A stretch of 63,872 nucleotides of DNA, the filler included. It is 4 parts of 4 records of this genome, joined end to end, with 100 filler letters (N's around TTAATTAATTAA, not from the genome) between each part and the next. Parts side by side here need not be neighbours in the genome. Positions count along the whole stretch, not along the records: positions 1 to 22,357 come from SRR20825010_106; 3 more parts are not named here. One strand, written 5' to 3'. Below are positions 10,311 to 20,826 of this stretch, one piece after another. The notes beneath the pieces are model-generated. The model made no database searches. It was not told where the DNA came from and was given only the letters and a program-made list of their open reading frames with translations. Every line of letters starts with the position of its first letter. Positions within the stretch are counted from its first letter, which is position 1. The position numbers and the translations under genes are program-made.

Positions 10311-13025
10311 TTATTTCTTGTAGTCCCCGGCGTTGATTACCGTCCAATTCTTATAGGGTTTAATGTATTTAAGAATGGCATTGTTGATATCGCTTACAGT
10401 TAGACTCTTCACTTTTTCTTCCAAGTTTTTTTGGAATTCCATGGTGCGATTGTAATAAATGTTGTTGTTTACCAGGCCGGCCAGTTCGGCATCTTTGGCT
10501 CTGGAAACATTTTCCTCCTGCACCCAGCCGTTTACGGCATTCTTCAATTCTTCCTCCGTAATTCCGTCTTTAATAAAACGATCCAATTCCTCCTTAAAGC
10601 CTAATTGTACCTTGTCATAGTTCTCCGGGGCGTATATGGCGTAGAGGTACATGGATGAATTTTGGTCGTCGGCATTGTAATCTGCTTGGAATCCGGCACC
10701 TGCACCATAACTAACGCCGTCCTTCTGTCTTAACCTGTCCGCAATCCTCGAATTAAGAAAACCGCCTCCCAGTATGGTGGCTGCCATATTTAACGCGGCA
10801 TAATCTTCATCCTCTTGGCTAATTTTAACGTTAAGGTTTCCAAGCGTCATAGCATTCTTCTTGTCTGGGGTAAGAATGTCTTCATTTACTTCCGGGGATT
10901 GGGTAAAAGGATCTTTTAGCCTGGCGTAGGTATTTTTGCTCTTGAAGTTGGCATACTCTTTTTGCATATAGGTTTTTATTTGCTCCGGCTGCATATCCCC
11001 TATACCTACCAGAATGGATTTGCCCAAACCATAAAATGCCTTGTGGAAGCTTTTAATGTCCTCTACGGTGATCGCCCTTATGGCGGCCTCCTCTTCCTCA
11101 ACGGTCATGGCATATAAAGGATGTCCCTTTGGAAATGTATTGTTTATTACGGATAGTCTTTTAGAAGCCAAAAATTGTGGTTCTGTCTTATTACTTTCCA
11201 AATATGCCAAGGACTCTGTTTTTAATTTTTCCAATTCCGAGGCCTCGAAGGAAGGGGTTTTGAGCATTTCCGACATTAGGGCCAAAGTGGCCATTAGGTT
11301 TTCTTCGGTAGAAACTACATTGGCATAAACATTCCCATTACTGGCTCTAAAGGATACCGAAGATTTTAGTTTGCTCAATTCGTCCTCGATCTGTTGCCTG
11401 GACTTGGATCGGGTACCCTTATTAAGTAGACTAGCGGTAAAAGAGGGGATAACCCCTTTGTTCTTAAGCGATTCCTCATTTCCGTTTCTAATGCTAAAAC
11501 TAAGTCGGACGGTTTTGCCGCGGTTGCTCTTTTTTATAATACCGTAGGCAATGCCATTGGAAAGTTGGCCTTGGTCCAATCTGGATTGTATGGCATCATA
11601 GGAAACATCGAAGGCCTCACCTGTACCCATGTCCTCCTTGCCTTTATAGTTTGATACAAGGGCATCAAGATTTTGCGTATGTTCAATTTCTATTCTTTCG
11701 GGCTTTTTGGTAGGATTAAATCGGCCTATGGTTCTATTTGTGGTAATCAGGTATTTCTTGGCAACTTCATTTACGGTTTCAAGACTGGCATTTTCAATTC
11801 TATCCCGCTGTATAAATGCCAATCGCCAATCACCAGCACCAATAAATTCGCTCATATAGGTTCCTAAGTAGGAAGAATTTCTAAAAATTTGATCGGTTCG
11901 TTTTAAAAGATTGGCTTTGGCTCGATCCAGTTCCTCTTGGGTTATGGGTGTGGTTTTTACGGCATCCAAAGTTTCCTTTAGTACTTTTTCCACTTCGTCG
12001 GCATTCTTGTCCGAAGGTACATCTACGTTGATATATAAAAAACCCGGTTCTTTGGTAAAAGGGGAGAAAGACCATATAGAGGAGGCTTTATTTGTCTCGA
12101 TCAAGGCTTTGTAGAGCCTTCCCGAGGGTTCGTCTGCCAGTACATCTTCAATAATGGAAATGGCGGCATAATCCTCATGTGAGCCTGCCGGGGTATGGTA
12201 CATGGTGGATACTATCTGTAGATCGCCAACGCGATTGAGATGTACCGTTTTTTCGCCATCCTGTGCCGGTTCCTCGGTATAGGAGTCCCTTAATGGAGTG
12301 GTTGGTTTTTCAATTTTACCAAACTTTTTTTCGATCAAGTCCAGTGTTTTGGCTTCATCGAATTTGCCCGTAACCATTAAAACGGCATTGTCCGGACGGT
12401 AGAATTTTTTATAAAATGCCTGTAGGTTTTCAATGGGAACGCGTTCTATATCGGATCTATTTCCAATAGTGCTGTTACCATAGTTGTGCCATATAAAACC
12501 GGCATTGATAACGTTCTGCATAAGAACACGAGATGGGTCGTTTTCGCCACTTTCAAATTCATTGCGCACCACACTGAATTCTGATTCCAAATCTTTTTTG
12601 GCTATATAGGAATTCACCATACGATCGGCCTCCAGGTCCAAGGCCCAATCCAGGTTTTCATCAGTGGCATTAAAGGTTTCAAAGTAATTGGTCCTGTCGA
12701 ACCAGGTGGTTCCATTGGGTCGCGCACCATGCGAGCTCAACTCTTTGGGAATATCCGGATGGTTGGGGGTACCTTTAAAAACCATGTGTTCCAAAAGGTG
12801 GGCCATGCCTTTTTCTCCGTAACCTTCATGTCTGGACCCTACCAGATAGGTAATGTTGACCGTTATGGTCTGTGACGAATTATCGGGAAATAGAAGTACT
12901 TTAAGGCCATTATCCATTTGGTACTCCGTTATTCCTTCCACAGAGGCTATTTTTTGTAATTGCCCATAGGAAAGACTATTGCAAATCAGGAAGACTAGTA
13001 TAAGAGATATGATTTTTATTCTCAT
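10311..13025 (-). CDS. M16 family zinc peptidase (PqqL-like, insulinase fold)
   Basis: Signal peptide; inverted zincin motif HLLEH; VVRNE; RLRQKDGVSYG in the C-terminal half. Confidence 0.93.
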   Translation of the reverse strand: MRIKIISLILVFLICNSLSYGQLQKIASVEGITEYQMDNGLKVLLFPDNSSQTITVNITYLVGSRHEGYGEKGMAHLLEHMVFKGTPNHPDIPKELSSHGARPNGTTWFDRTNYFETFNATDENLDWALDLEADRMVNSYIAKKDLESEFSVVRNEFESGENDPSRVLMQNVINAGFIWHNYGNSTIGNRSDIERVPIENLQAFYKKFYRPDNAVLMVTGKFDEAKTLDLIEKKFGKIEKPTTPLRDSYTEEPAQDGEKTVHLNRVGDLQIVSTMYHTPAGSHEDYAAISIIEDVLADEPSGRLYKALIETNKASSIWSFSPFTKEPGFLYINVDVPSDKNADEVEKVLKETLDAVKTTPITQEELDRAKANLLKRTDQIFRNSSYLGTYMSEFIGAGDWRLAFIQRDRIENASLETVNEVAKKYLITTNRTIGRFNPTKKPERIEIEHTQNLDALVSNYKGKEDMGTGEAFDVSYDAIQSRLDQGQLSNGIAYGIIKKSNRGKTVRLSFSIRNGNEESLKNKGVIPSFTASLLNKGTRSKSRQQIEDELSKLKSSVSFRASNGNVYANVVSTEENLMATLALMSEMLKTPSFEASELEKLKTESLAYLESNKTEPQFLASKRLSVINNTFPKGHPLYAMTVEEEEAAIRAITVEDIKSFHKAFYGLGKSILVGIGDMQPEQIKTYMQKEYANFKSKNTYARLKDPFTQSPEVNEDILTPDKKNAMTLGNLNVKISQEDEDYAALNMAATILGGGFLNSRIADRLRQKDGVSYGAGAGFQADYNADDQNSSMYLYAIYAPENYDKVQLGFKEELDRFIKDGITEEELKNAVNGWVQEENVSRAKDAELAGLVNNNIYYNRTMEFQKNLEEKVKSLTVSDINNAILKYIKPYKNWTVINAGDYKK

Positions 13026-13186
13026 GACAGTGTAGTTTTTTGATATTCAATAATACAAAAATTAATAGGTGTTTTAGGGGTTATAACCTTAGAAATTTTG
13101 AGTTTTGGAGGTATATTACGTCATATGGATGGCTCTTTAGAAAAATTGTAATATTTTTAGCCCATCAACCTAAACTAATTTATCAA

Positions 13187-14218
13187 ATGCTAAAACTTAC
13201 CTCTAGATTATTTAATCTGCATCTATTTAATTTTCTTTCACTATGTTTCTTGTTGATTTCCTTGCAGTCCTGTAAATCGGCACAGGCGGTTGTGGCCGAA
13301 ACGGATAACAAAACATCCGTAAGCGAGGCCTTTACTGAGAAAATTCCGGCTACCGATATTTCTTTTGATATGGTATTGATACCCGAAGGGACATTTATGA
13401 TGGGAAGCCCTGAAAACCAAGTAAACAGAAAGGCCGATGAAGGGCCAATGAAGACTGTGGAATTGGATGCCTTTTATATGGGGAAATATGAACTGGGTTG
13501 GGAGGTTTTTGAGCTTTTCTTTAAGCAGAATAAAAATTTGTTCGAGAACTTGGAAGCTGACAAGTTAAAAGGCATAGATGCCATTACAAGGCCCAGTCCT
13601 CCCTACGAGGATCCTTCCTATGGTATGGGAAAGGTTGGGTATCCTGCCATAAGTATGTCCGCGTATTCCGCCTTGGTATTCTGTAAGTGGTTGAGTACCG
13701 TTACAGGCAGGTTCTATAGATTGCCAACAGAAGCGGAATGGGAATACGCCGCCAAAGCCGGGACCAATACGGCCTATTCCTTTGGTGATGATATTTCCAA
13801 AATTGATGAATATGCCGTGTATTATAAAAACTCCGATAATCATTATGCCAAGGTGGGCAGCAAACTGCCAAATCCTTGGGGATTGTATGATATGCACGGA
13901 AATGTCTCGGAATGGACCTTGGATGAATACAAGGAAAATGCCTTGGCTATTACCGAATCCAAGAACCCTTGGGTAAAACCTACCGTAATACATCCCAGGG
14001 TAATCAAAGGAGGGTCTTGGGACGATGACGCAAAGACACTTAGGTCGTCTGCCAGGATCGCGTCCAGCTTAAAATTACAAAAAAGGGATCCACAGATCCC
14101 AAAAAGTTTTTGGTGGAACACGGATTCCAACTTTATTGGATTTAGATTGGTGAGTCCTAAAGTTCAGCCTTCAAAAGAGGAGCAAAAACAGTTTTGGCAA
14201 ATTGTGCTGGACGAGTAG
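13187..14218 (+). CDS. FGE-sulfatase (SUMF1/EgtB/PvdO) domain lipoprotein
   Basis: Lipobox LQSC; FMMGS, RLPTEAEWEYAA, NPWGLYDMHGNVSEW, KGGSW, GFRLV; start placed at ATG 13187. Confidence 0.88.
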   Translation: MLKLTSRLFNLHLFNFLSLCFLLISLQSCKSAQAVVAETDNKTSVSEAFTEKIPATDISFDMVLIPEGTFMMGSPENQVNRKADEGPMKTVELDAFYMGKYELGWEVFELFFKQNKNLFENLEADKLKGIDAITRPSPPYEDPSYGMGKVGYPAISMSAYSALVFCKWLSTVTGRFYRLPTEAEWEYAAKAGTNTAYSFGDDISKIDEYAVYYKNSDNHYAKVGSKLPNPWGLYDMHGNVSEWTLDEYKENALAITESKNPWVKPTVIHPRVIKGGSWDDDAKTLRSSARIASSLKLQKRDPQIPKSFWWNTDSNFIGFRLVSPKVQPSKEEQKQFWQIVLDE

Positions 14219-14264
14219 GAACAACCGGAGAAACCTTTTGAAAACAAATCATTAAATTTAGCAC

Positions 14265-14813
14265 ATGAAAAATACACTGTTCATACTATTATCATTTCTG
14301 GTTTTAGCCGGTTATGCCCAAGAATCATATACGCTGTCCAAAGAAAGTGTCCTCAAAATTAATGGTTCGTCTACCATTCACGATTGGACCGTAACGGCCA
14401 ATTCAATGAAGGGATCCATGAAAGTGAAGGCTGGTGTTGTAAATAATCTCTTGTTTCAAGTGGAGGTGGCCCAAATTAAAAGTGAACGTGGGGCGGCGAT
14501 GGATAAAAAGATGCATGCTGCACTGAAGATGGAAGAGCATCCTGAAGTGTCCTTTAAATTTCAGGAAATAAAGAAAACCGCCGATTCGGAAAATACTTTT
14601 AAGATTCATGGGATGCTTAATATTGCCGGTGTTGAAAAAGCAGTGGAAATAACATCGGAATTTCAGGAAGTTGGCGGGAAATATATGTTAAAGGGAAGCA
14701 AGGAGATAAAATTACAGGATTACAATATGGAGCCGCCAACGGCAATGTTCGGTCAAATAATAGTGGGCGATAATGTTACTATCGATTTCGATTTGGTCTT
14801 TGCCAAAGGATAG
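14265..14813 (+). CDS. YceI-like lipid/isoprenoid-binding protein
   Basis: Signal peptide; GSSTIHDW; HPEVSF; GMLNIAGVEK; DYNMEPP, typical of Bacteroidota YceI proteins. Confidence 0.85.
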   Translation: MKNTLFILLSFLVLAGYAQESYTLSKESVLKINGSSTIHDWTVTANSMKGSMKVKAGVVNNLLFQVEVAQIKSERGAAMDKKMHAALKMEEHPEVSFKFQEIKKTADSENTFKIHGMLNIAGVEKAVEITSEFQEVGGKYMLKGSKEIKLQDYNMEPPTAMFGQIIVGDNVTIDFDLVFAKG

Positions 14814-14927
14814 GGTTGCCTACTCCAGATATTTGGATTGGCTCTTTTATTGATTTTATATTTCTGGATTTATTTGTTTTGTGATAATCCTTGGTTCTGA
14901 AATGTATGGGTGGGCGCGTGTGCAATA

Positions 14928-15797
14928 TTATTTTTGCAATCGCTCTTCCCTAAAAATTCCGGGCGTTACCCCAGTATGACCCTTAAAGATCCTATTGAAA
15001 TAGGAGAGATTTTCCAATCCCACTTTTTCTGCAATTTGCTTCAAGGAATTGTTGGTGGAAAGCAATAGCAATTGTGCTCTTTCTATACGTTTGGATTGAA
15101 TGTATTTATTGGGGCGCATGCCAAAACTTTCATTGAAGACCCTTGAAAAATAATCTGTATTTAGATGGCAAAAGTCGGCCAGCTGCTTCACGGTCAAATT
15201 TTCGTGGAGATTTTCATGGATATAGTTTAAGACCATACCAAATTCTTTTTTCACATTACTCTTAGTGGATTGGGTGTTCATATCCTTTATAAACCTGGAT
15301 ATCAATATCTCCAAAATGGCATGGGTTTCCATATAGGCCGAAGGACTTAATTCTTCGTTCCTCTTTTCAAAATCCATCAAGGTGGGTCTGTTGTCATATA
15401 CTTTTGGGTTGTTATTTTCCAACTGCCTATTCGGATTTAGTTCCAACAAGCGCTTAAAATAATACAAGTCCATTGGATTGGCTTTTGACTCGAAAATAAA
15501 ACTACTAAAATTAAATATGGAATAGCCATTTTTTATCTCTTCCAAACAACTGATATAATATTGTTCGTGATATTCATCACATTTGTATCTGCCAAAGGTA
15601 TAGCTTGGGATGATGTATATATGCCCAGGTTTCAATTCAATTGCTTCATTGCTGTGATAAACCATGGCGCTTCCCTCAGTAATGTAATATAGTCTGATGA
15701 ATGGGCTAATAACATCATCATAATCCCACAGGGGACCAAGTTTTGCATAACCTACATTCAATAGGGCTAATTTTAGGGATTGAAGAATTTTGGACAT
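14928..15797 (-). CDS. AraC family transcriptional regulator
   Basis: N-terminal cupin and C-terminal double HTH (IAEKVGLENLSYFNRIFKGHTGVTPGIFR). Confidence 0.93.
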   Translation of the reverse strand: MSKILQSLKLALLNVGYAKLGPLWDYDDVISPFIRLYYITEGSAMVYHSNEAIELKPGHIYIIPSYTFGRYKCDEYHEQYYISCLEEIKNGYSIFNFSSFIFESKANPMDLYYFKRLLELNPNRQLENNNPKVYDNRPTLMDFEKRNEELSPSAYMETHAILEILISRFIKDMNTQSTKSNVKKEFGMVLNYIHENLHENLTVKQLADFCHLNTDYFSRVFNESFGMRPNKYIQSKRIERAQLLLLSTNNSLKQIAEKVGLENLSYFNRIFKGHTGVTPGIFREERLQK

Positions 15798-15976
15798 AGC
15801 TCAGTTTTTTGTCGGATTTAGAACAGTATTAATCAATATATGTTTATCCAAAAACCGATTAATTCACGACTAATTTAATAAATTTTATAGTAAGGAATAG
15901 GTTTGGGCAGGATGTTAATGTCGGAAATGTGCAATACTTAAACTGATTTGGACCTGCGTTATGAATCCTTAAATTT

Positions 15977-15984
15977 TATCTTTG
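15977..15984 (+). promoter_or_regulatory. Bacteroidota -7 promoter element for the DUF1553 operon
   Basis: TATCTTTG matches TAnnTTTG, 27 nt before the ATG. Confidence 0.55.
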
Positions 15985-16011
15985 AAAAGGTAGCAAATAG
16001 ATAGGTCGAAT

Positions 16012-19000
16012 ATGGTAATAATTAAGAAGCTTTTAATTTTCACTTGGGTTTTATTATTTTTTTCCTGTGGAGGTCCGGAAATACCTGAATTGGTATCTTT
16101 TGAATATGATAAATTACCTAAGAAAGTGGATTTCAATCTACATGTAAAGCCCATTCTTTCGGATAAATGTTTTATATGCCATGGCCCCGATAAGGCTAAA
16201 ATAAAGGCCGACCTTCAATTGCATACTCCTGAAGCTGCCTATAAGGAGCTGAAGGAATCTCCAGGAAAATTTGCCTTAAAGCCTGGGAATTTAAATAAAA
16301 GTGAGGTTTTCCACAGAATTATGTCAGATGACCCCAACTATGTAATGCCGGAACCGGATTCCCATCTTTCGTTATCCGATCATGAGAAGGCAATCTTGAT
16401 AAAATGGATAGAGCAGGGCGCCGAGTATAAAGATCATTGGGCTTTTATAAAGCCGAAAGAATACGATGTCCCAAAAGTCCAGGATAAGGCAGGTCTGGTA
16501 CAAAATCCTATCGACAATTTTGTTTTGGCACGTTTGGAGCAGGATAAATTAGAGTTCTCTCCAAAAGCGGACAAAGAATTATTGTTGAGAAGACTTTATC
16601 TGGATCTGACGGGATTACCGCCAACTTTGGAGGAGATGGATTCTTTTATGGAAGATCCTTCTCCCGAGGCTTACGAAAAGGTAGTGGACAAATTATTGGA
16701 CTCTCCGCACTACGGAGAGCAAATGGCCTTGGATTGGATGGACTTGTCGAGGTTTGCGGATACTCACGGATATAGTGTTGACAGATATCGGGATATGTCC
16801 CCTTGGCGTGATTGGGTTATTGATGCCTTCAATAAAAATATGTCCTATGAACAGTTTATAACCTGGCAAATGGCAGGTGATCTTATTGAAAATCCTACTC
16901 GAGAAACTATTTTGGCAACAGCCTTCAACCGTGTTCATCCGCAAAATATGGAGGGGGGTATTGTAAGTGAAGAGTTTCTGGTAGAATATGCAGTAGACCG
17001 GGCAAGTACGGCCGGGCAAGCCTTTATGGGGTTAACCGTAGCCTGTGCCAGATGCCACGATCATAAATATGACCCTATATCACATAAGGATTTTTATGAA
17101 CTCACAAGTTTTTTCAATAATGTGAACGAATCGGGGCAGATTTCTTGGAATGATGCCACTCCGGTTCCAACCTTAATGTTGACCACCGAAGAGGAGGAAA
17201 AGGTACTGTCCTATATGGAAAGTTTAATTGAAGAAACCGAAGGGGAGATCAAAAAAATGGAAGAGGAGGAAGTGGCTGTCAATTTTGATAAATGGCTATT
17301 GGAAGAGCAATACCAATCCTTAGATATAAAAATTCCTTCAAACGGATTAAAAGCTTATTTCAATCTAAATGATCAAAGTTTGCAAAATGTCATCAACCCA
17401 AAGCATAGGGGAACCATGAAGCGGGAAGGTACGGAAGGACAAAAAATAAATCTATCCGAAGGAAAACAGGGCAAAGGAGTATTGTTGGATGGAGATACTT
17501 GGCTTGATTTGAGAAAGACAGCTGTTTTCGGAAGAAATGATGCCTTCAGTATAGGCCTATGGGCAAATATACCCTCGAATATCGAGAATGGGAACATTTT
17601 CCACAAGGGCGATGGAGCCATTTTGTACAATTGGCGCGGCTATCATCTAAAGATTGTGGACAATAAATTGGAACTCATGATGGCGCATACGGCACCCAAT
17701 AATGCCATTGTAGAGCTTACAAAAGAAGGGTTTCCCAGGGATGAATGGGTGCATTTTGCCATCACTTATGATGGTTCAAGCAAGGCCGAAGGTTATAGGT
17801 TGTTTGTTAATGGTAAGGAGATGGAGACCACTGTGGAAACGGATAATCTGTACAAGGACATTTTATTTAGGAATAACAATGAACCAGGCTTGCAATTGGG
17901 GGCAAGATTAAGGGGTAAAGGGATAAAAGGAGCTGTGGTAGATGAGATAAGGGTGTATGATAGGGATTTGTCTGCCGTGGAGGTTATGCAACTTGCCAAT
18001 AATCCTCTACTAAATGAATTGCTAAAAAGGGAGAAAGCAAGTCTTGCTTCCAATGATAAAAAATTACTGCAGGAGCACTATTTGAAGTCGGTTTCCCAAG
18101 CCACCAAATTACAGCACCATAAACTGGCAGAATTACGCAAGAGTTATGTGGATAGTGTAGAAAAGGTAAAAGAGGTAATGGTCATGGAGGAAACTCCTGA
18201 ACCGGTGCCGTCCTACATTTTGGATAGGGGAGTGTATAACGCCAGGGGAGAGGAAGTGTTTCCCAATACCCCTAAAGCTATTTTACCCATGCCCGAGGAT
18301 TATCCAAAAAACCGATTGGGATTTGCCCAATGGTTGTTTCATGAGGACCATCCCCTTACTGCAAGAGTGGCGGTGAATAGGTTTTGGCAACATTACTTTG
18401 GGTATGGCCTGGTAAAGACTTCGGAAGATTTTGGGAATCAGGGCGAAATGCCAAGTCACCCCAAATTACTGGATTGGCTGGCCTTGGAATTTAGAGATTC
18501 GGGATGGGATGTTAAGGCATTTCAAAAATTGATAGTGATGTCGCATACCTATCAACAATCTTCCATGGTAAGTGAGGAATTGATGGAAATGGATATCGAC
18601 AACAGACTTTTGGCAAGAGGACCTTCCAAAAGGCTATCCGGAGAGATGCTGCGCGATAATGCCCTGGCCAGTTCCGGATTGCTGAACAAAACCATAGGAG
18701 GGGAAAGTGTAAGTCCGTACCAACCGGAAGGGCTATGGAGGGTGAACAACGCTACCTACAGGCAGGATACCGGGGATAAACTTTACCGAAGAAGTATGTA
18801 CACCATATGGAAACGTTCCGTGCCCCATCCTACTTTGGCTACCTTTGATGCTCCAGCGCGGGATGTATGTACCATTCAGCGACAGGAGACCAATACCCCG
18901 CTTCAGGCTTTGGTATTGCTGAATGATCCAACTTATATTGAAGCATCTAGGGTCTTGGGCAAGTGTATGAGCGATTTGGGAGATTTAAAATTGGCCATCT

Positions 19001-19236
19001 CCAATGTTTTTAGGCGGCTTACCGGGAGGAAAATTAAGGAGGATGAGCTGCAATTGCTGGTTGAACTTCAGGAGAATGAATATAAGAAATTTGCGGCCAA
19101 CTTGGAAAGAACAAAAGGATGGCTGAATACAGGTGAATTTAAATTGGAGAATGGTGATGATAAGGCTTTGGTTGCTGCCAATGCCGTGGTGGCCAACACC
19201 ATTATGAATGCTGACGCCTGTATTACTAAAAGATAA
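16012..19236 (+). CDS. Planctomycete-type cytochrome c / DUF1549 / LamG / DUF1553 lipoprotein
   Basis: Lipobox FFSC; CFICH and CARCH haem motifs; LLRRLYLDLTGLPP (DUF1549); concanavalin/LamG insert (WVHFAITYDG, VDEIRVYDR); ARVAVNRFWQ and NTPLQALVLLN (DUF1553). Confidence 0.92.
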   Translation: MVIIKKLLIFTWVLLFFSCGGPEIPELVSFEYDKLPKKVDFNLHVKPILSDKCFICHGPDKAKIKADLQLHTPEAAYKELKESPGKFALKPGNLNKSEVFHRIMSDDPNYVMPEPDSHLSLSDHEKAILIKWIEQGAEYKDHWAFIKPKEYDVPKVQDKAGLVQNPIDNFVLARLEQDKLEFSPKADKELLLRRLYLDLTGLPPTLEEMDSFMEDPSPEAYEKVVDKLLDSPHYGEQMALDWMDLSRFADTHGYSVDRYRDMSPWRDWVIDAFNKNMSYEQFITWQMAGDLIENPTRETILATAFNRVHPQNMEGGIVSEEFLVEYAVDRASTAGQAFMGLTVACARCHDHKYDPISHKDFYELTSFFNNVNESGQISWNDATPVPTLMLTTEEEEKVLSYMESLIEETEGEIKKMEEEEVAVNFDKWLLEEQYQSLDIKIPSNGLKAYFNLNDQSLQNVINPKHRGTMKREGTEGQKINLSEGKQGKGVLLDGDTWLDLRKTAVFGRNDAFSIGLWANIPSNIENGNIFHKGDGAILYNWRGYHLKIVDNKLELMMAHTAPNNAIVELTKEGFPRDEWVHFAITYDGSSKAEGYRLFVNGKEMETTVETDNLYKDILFRNNNEPGLQLGARLRGKGIKGAVVDEIRVYDRDLSAVEVMQLANNPLLNELLKREKASLASNDKKLLQEHYLKSVSQATKLQHHKLAELRKSYVDSVEKVKEVMVMEETPEPVPSYILDRGVYNARGEEVFPNTPKAILPMPEDYPKNRLGFAQWLFHEDHPLTARVAVNRFWQHYFGYGLVKTSEDFGNQGEMPSHPKLLDWLALEFRDSGWDVKAFQKLIVMSHTYQQSSMVSEELMEMDIDNRLLARGPSKRLSGEMLRDNALASSGLLNKTIGGESVSPYQPEGLWRVNNATYRQDTGDKLYRRSMYTIWKRSVPHPTLATFDAPARDVCTIQRQETNTPLQALVLLNDPTYIEASRVLGKCMSDLGDLKLAISNVFRRLTGRKIKEDELQLLVELQENEYKKFAANLERTKGWLNTGEFKLENGDDKALVAANAVVANTIMNADACITKR

Positions 19237-19269
19237 AAAGTTAAAGATAGCAGAATTAAATAGGAGGAT

Positions 19270-20781
19270 ATGTGCGATCATCATGATAAATTAAGATCTA
19301 ATAATCGGGATCTTCAGAGCATCGAAAAACAATGGGATAGAAGGGAGTTCTTTAAAAAGACCTCCCTTGGTATTGGGGCCATGGCCCTTGGTTCCCTATT
19401 GAATACGGAAAAGATGTGGAGTGCTGTGGATCCAGCCTCTGCCCAAAGGAATTCCTTGAATGCCTTCACTAAAAATAAATTGGGTTTGCCCCATCATCTG
19501 CCAAAAGCAAAGCGCATAGTGTACCTTTTTCAAAGTGGTGGTCCTTCGCAATTGGATCTTTTCGATTACAAGCCTAAGCTAAAGGATATGTTTGGTAAGG
19601 ACTTGCCAGATTCCATAAGGGCCGGGCAGCGGCTTACTGGGATGAGCGCCGATCAAACGGCCTTTCCCATTGCCGCATCAACCCTAAATTTTAAGCAGTA
19701 TGGGGAATCTAGGGCGTGGGTCAGTGATGCAATGCCCTATTTGTCCGAGGTTGTGGATGATCTTTGCTTTATTAAGGGAATGCATACCGATGCCATTAAC
19801 CATGATCCGGCAATAACCTTTTTTCAAACCGGAAGTCAACAGCCGGGGAGACCATCCATAGGTTCCTGGATCAGCTACGGATTAGGGTCGGACAATGATA
19901 ATTTGCCTACTTTTATTTCCTTGGTTTCCAAAAATGGTTCTGGGCAGCCCTTGTACTCCCGTTTATGGGGCAACGGCTTTTTACCTACAGAACATCAGGG
20001 GGTACAGTTCCGATCGGGCAAGGACCCGGTACTTTATTTGGGAGACCCTGAGAATTATGATGGAAATGACCGTCGACAAATGCTGGATTATTTGAAAAAA
20101 TTGAATGGGATGGCCTATGACGCCTTTGGAGATCCCGAAATCAATGCTAGGATAGCACAGTATGAAATGGCCTATAGAATGCAGACCTCCGTACCCGAGG
20201 TAACGGATACCTCGGACGAGCCCGACCATATTTTTGATATGTACGGTCCCGATAGTAGAAACCCCGGAACTTATGCGGCAAATTGTTTGATGGCCCGTAA
20301 ATTATTGGAAAAGGATGTGAAATTTGTTCAATTATACCATCAAGGTTGGGATCAACATGGCAATTGCCCAGGGGGAGTAAAATATCAGAGCAAAAATACA
20401 GATCAGGGAACCGCGGCCTTGATAAAGGATTTAAAACAACGGGGCATGCTGGAAGATACCTTGGTGGTGTGGGGCGGAGAGTTTGGACGTACAGTCTATT
20501 CCCAAGGTCAGCTCACTGAAACGAACTACGGACGTGACCACCATCCGAAGGCCTTTACCATGTTCATGGCAGGGGCAGGGGTGAAACCGGGATTCACCTA
20601 TGGCGAGACCGATGATTTTGGCTATAACATTATCAAAGATCCAGTACATACCCACGATTTTCAGGCTACCTTATTGCATTTATTTGGAATAGATCACGAA
20701 AGATTGACCTATAAACATCAAGGACGTAGGTTTAGACTTACTGATGTACATGGGGATGTGGTGAAAGATATTCTTACTTGA
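19270..20781 (+). CDS. DUF1501 family protein, Tat-exported
   Basis: DRREFFKK twin-arginine signal; GGPSQLDLFDYKP; GWDQH; WGGEFGRT; GRDHH. Confidence 0.92.
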   Translation: MCDHHDKLRSNNRDLQSIEKQWDRREFFKKTSLGIGAMALGSLLNTEKMWSAVDPASAQRNSLNAFTKNKLGLPHHLPKAKRIVYLFQSGGPSQLDLFDYKPKLKDMFGKDLPDSIRAGQRLTGMSADQTAFPIAASTLNFKQYGESRAWVSDAMPYLSEVVDDLCFIKGMHTDAINHDPAITFFQTGSQQPGRPSIGSWISYGLGSDNDNLPTFISLVSKNGSGQPLYSRLWGNGFLPTEHQGVQFRSGKDPVLYLGDPENYDGNDRRQMLDYLKKLNGMAYDAFGDPEINARIAQYEMAYRMQTSVPEVTDTSDEPDHIFDMYGPDSRNPGTYAANCLMARKLLEKDVKFVQLYHQGWDQHGNCPGGVKYQSKNTDQGTAALIKDLKQRGMLEDTLVVWGGEFGRTVYSQGQLTETNYGRDHHPKAFTMFMAGAGVKPGFTYGETDDFGYNIIKDPVHTHDFQATLLHLFGIDHERLTYKHQGRRFRLTDVHGDVVKDILT

Positions 20782-20826
20782 TGCAAAAAGTAAAAACATG
20801 TTGGCTGTATTTTTTAAAAATTAGGA

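Noticed and set aside
13187-14218. Sulfatase-maturing formylglycine-generating enzyme
   Set aside because: Catalytic cysteines are absent, and the DUF1501 protein shows no CxPxR motif
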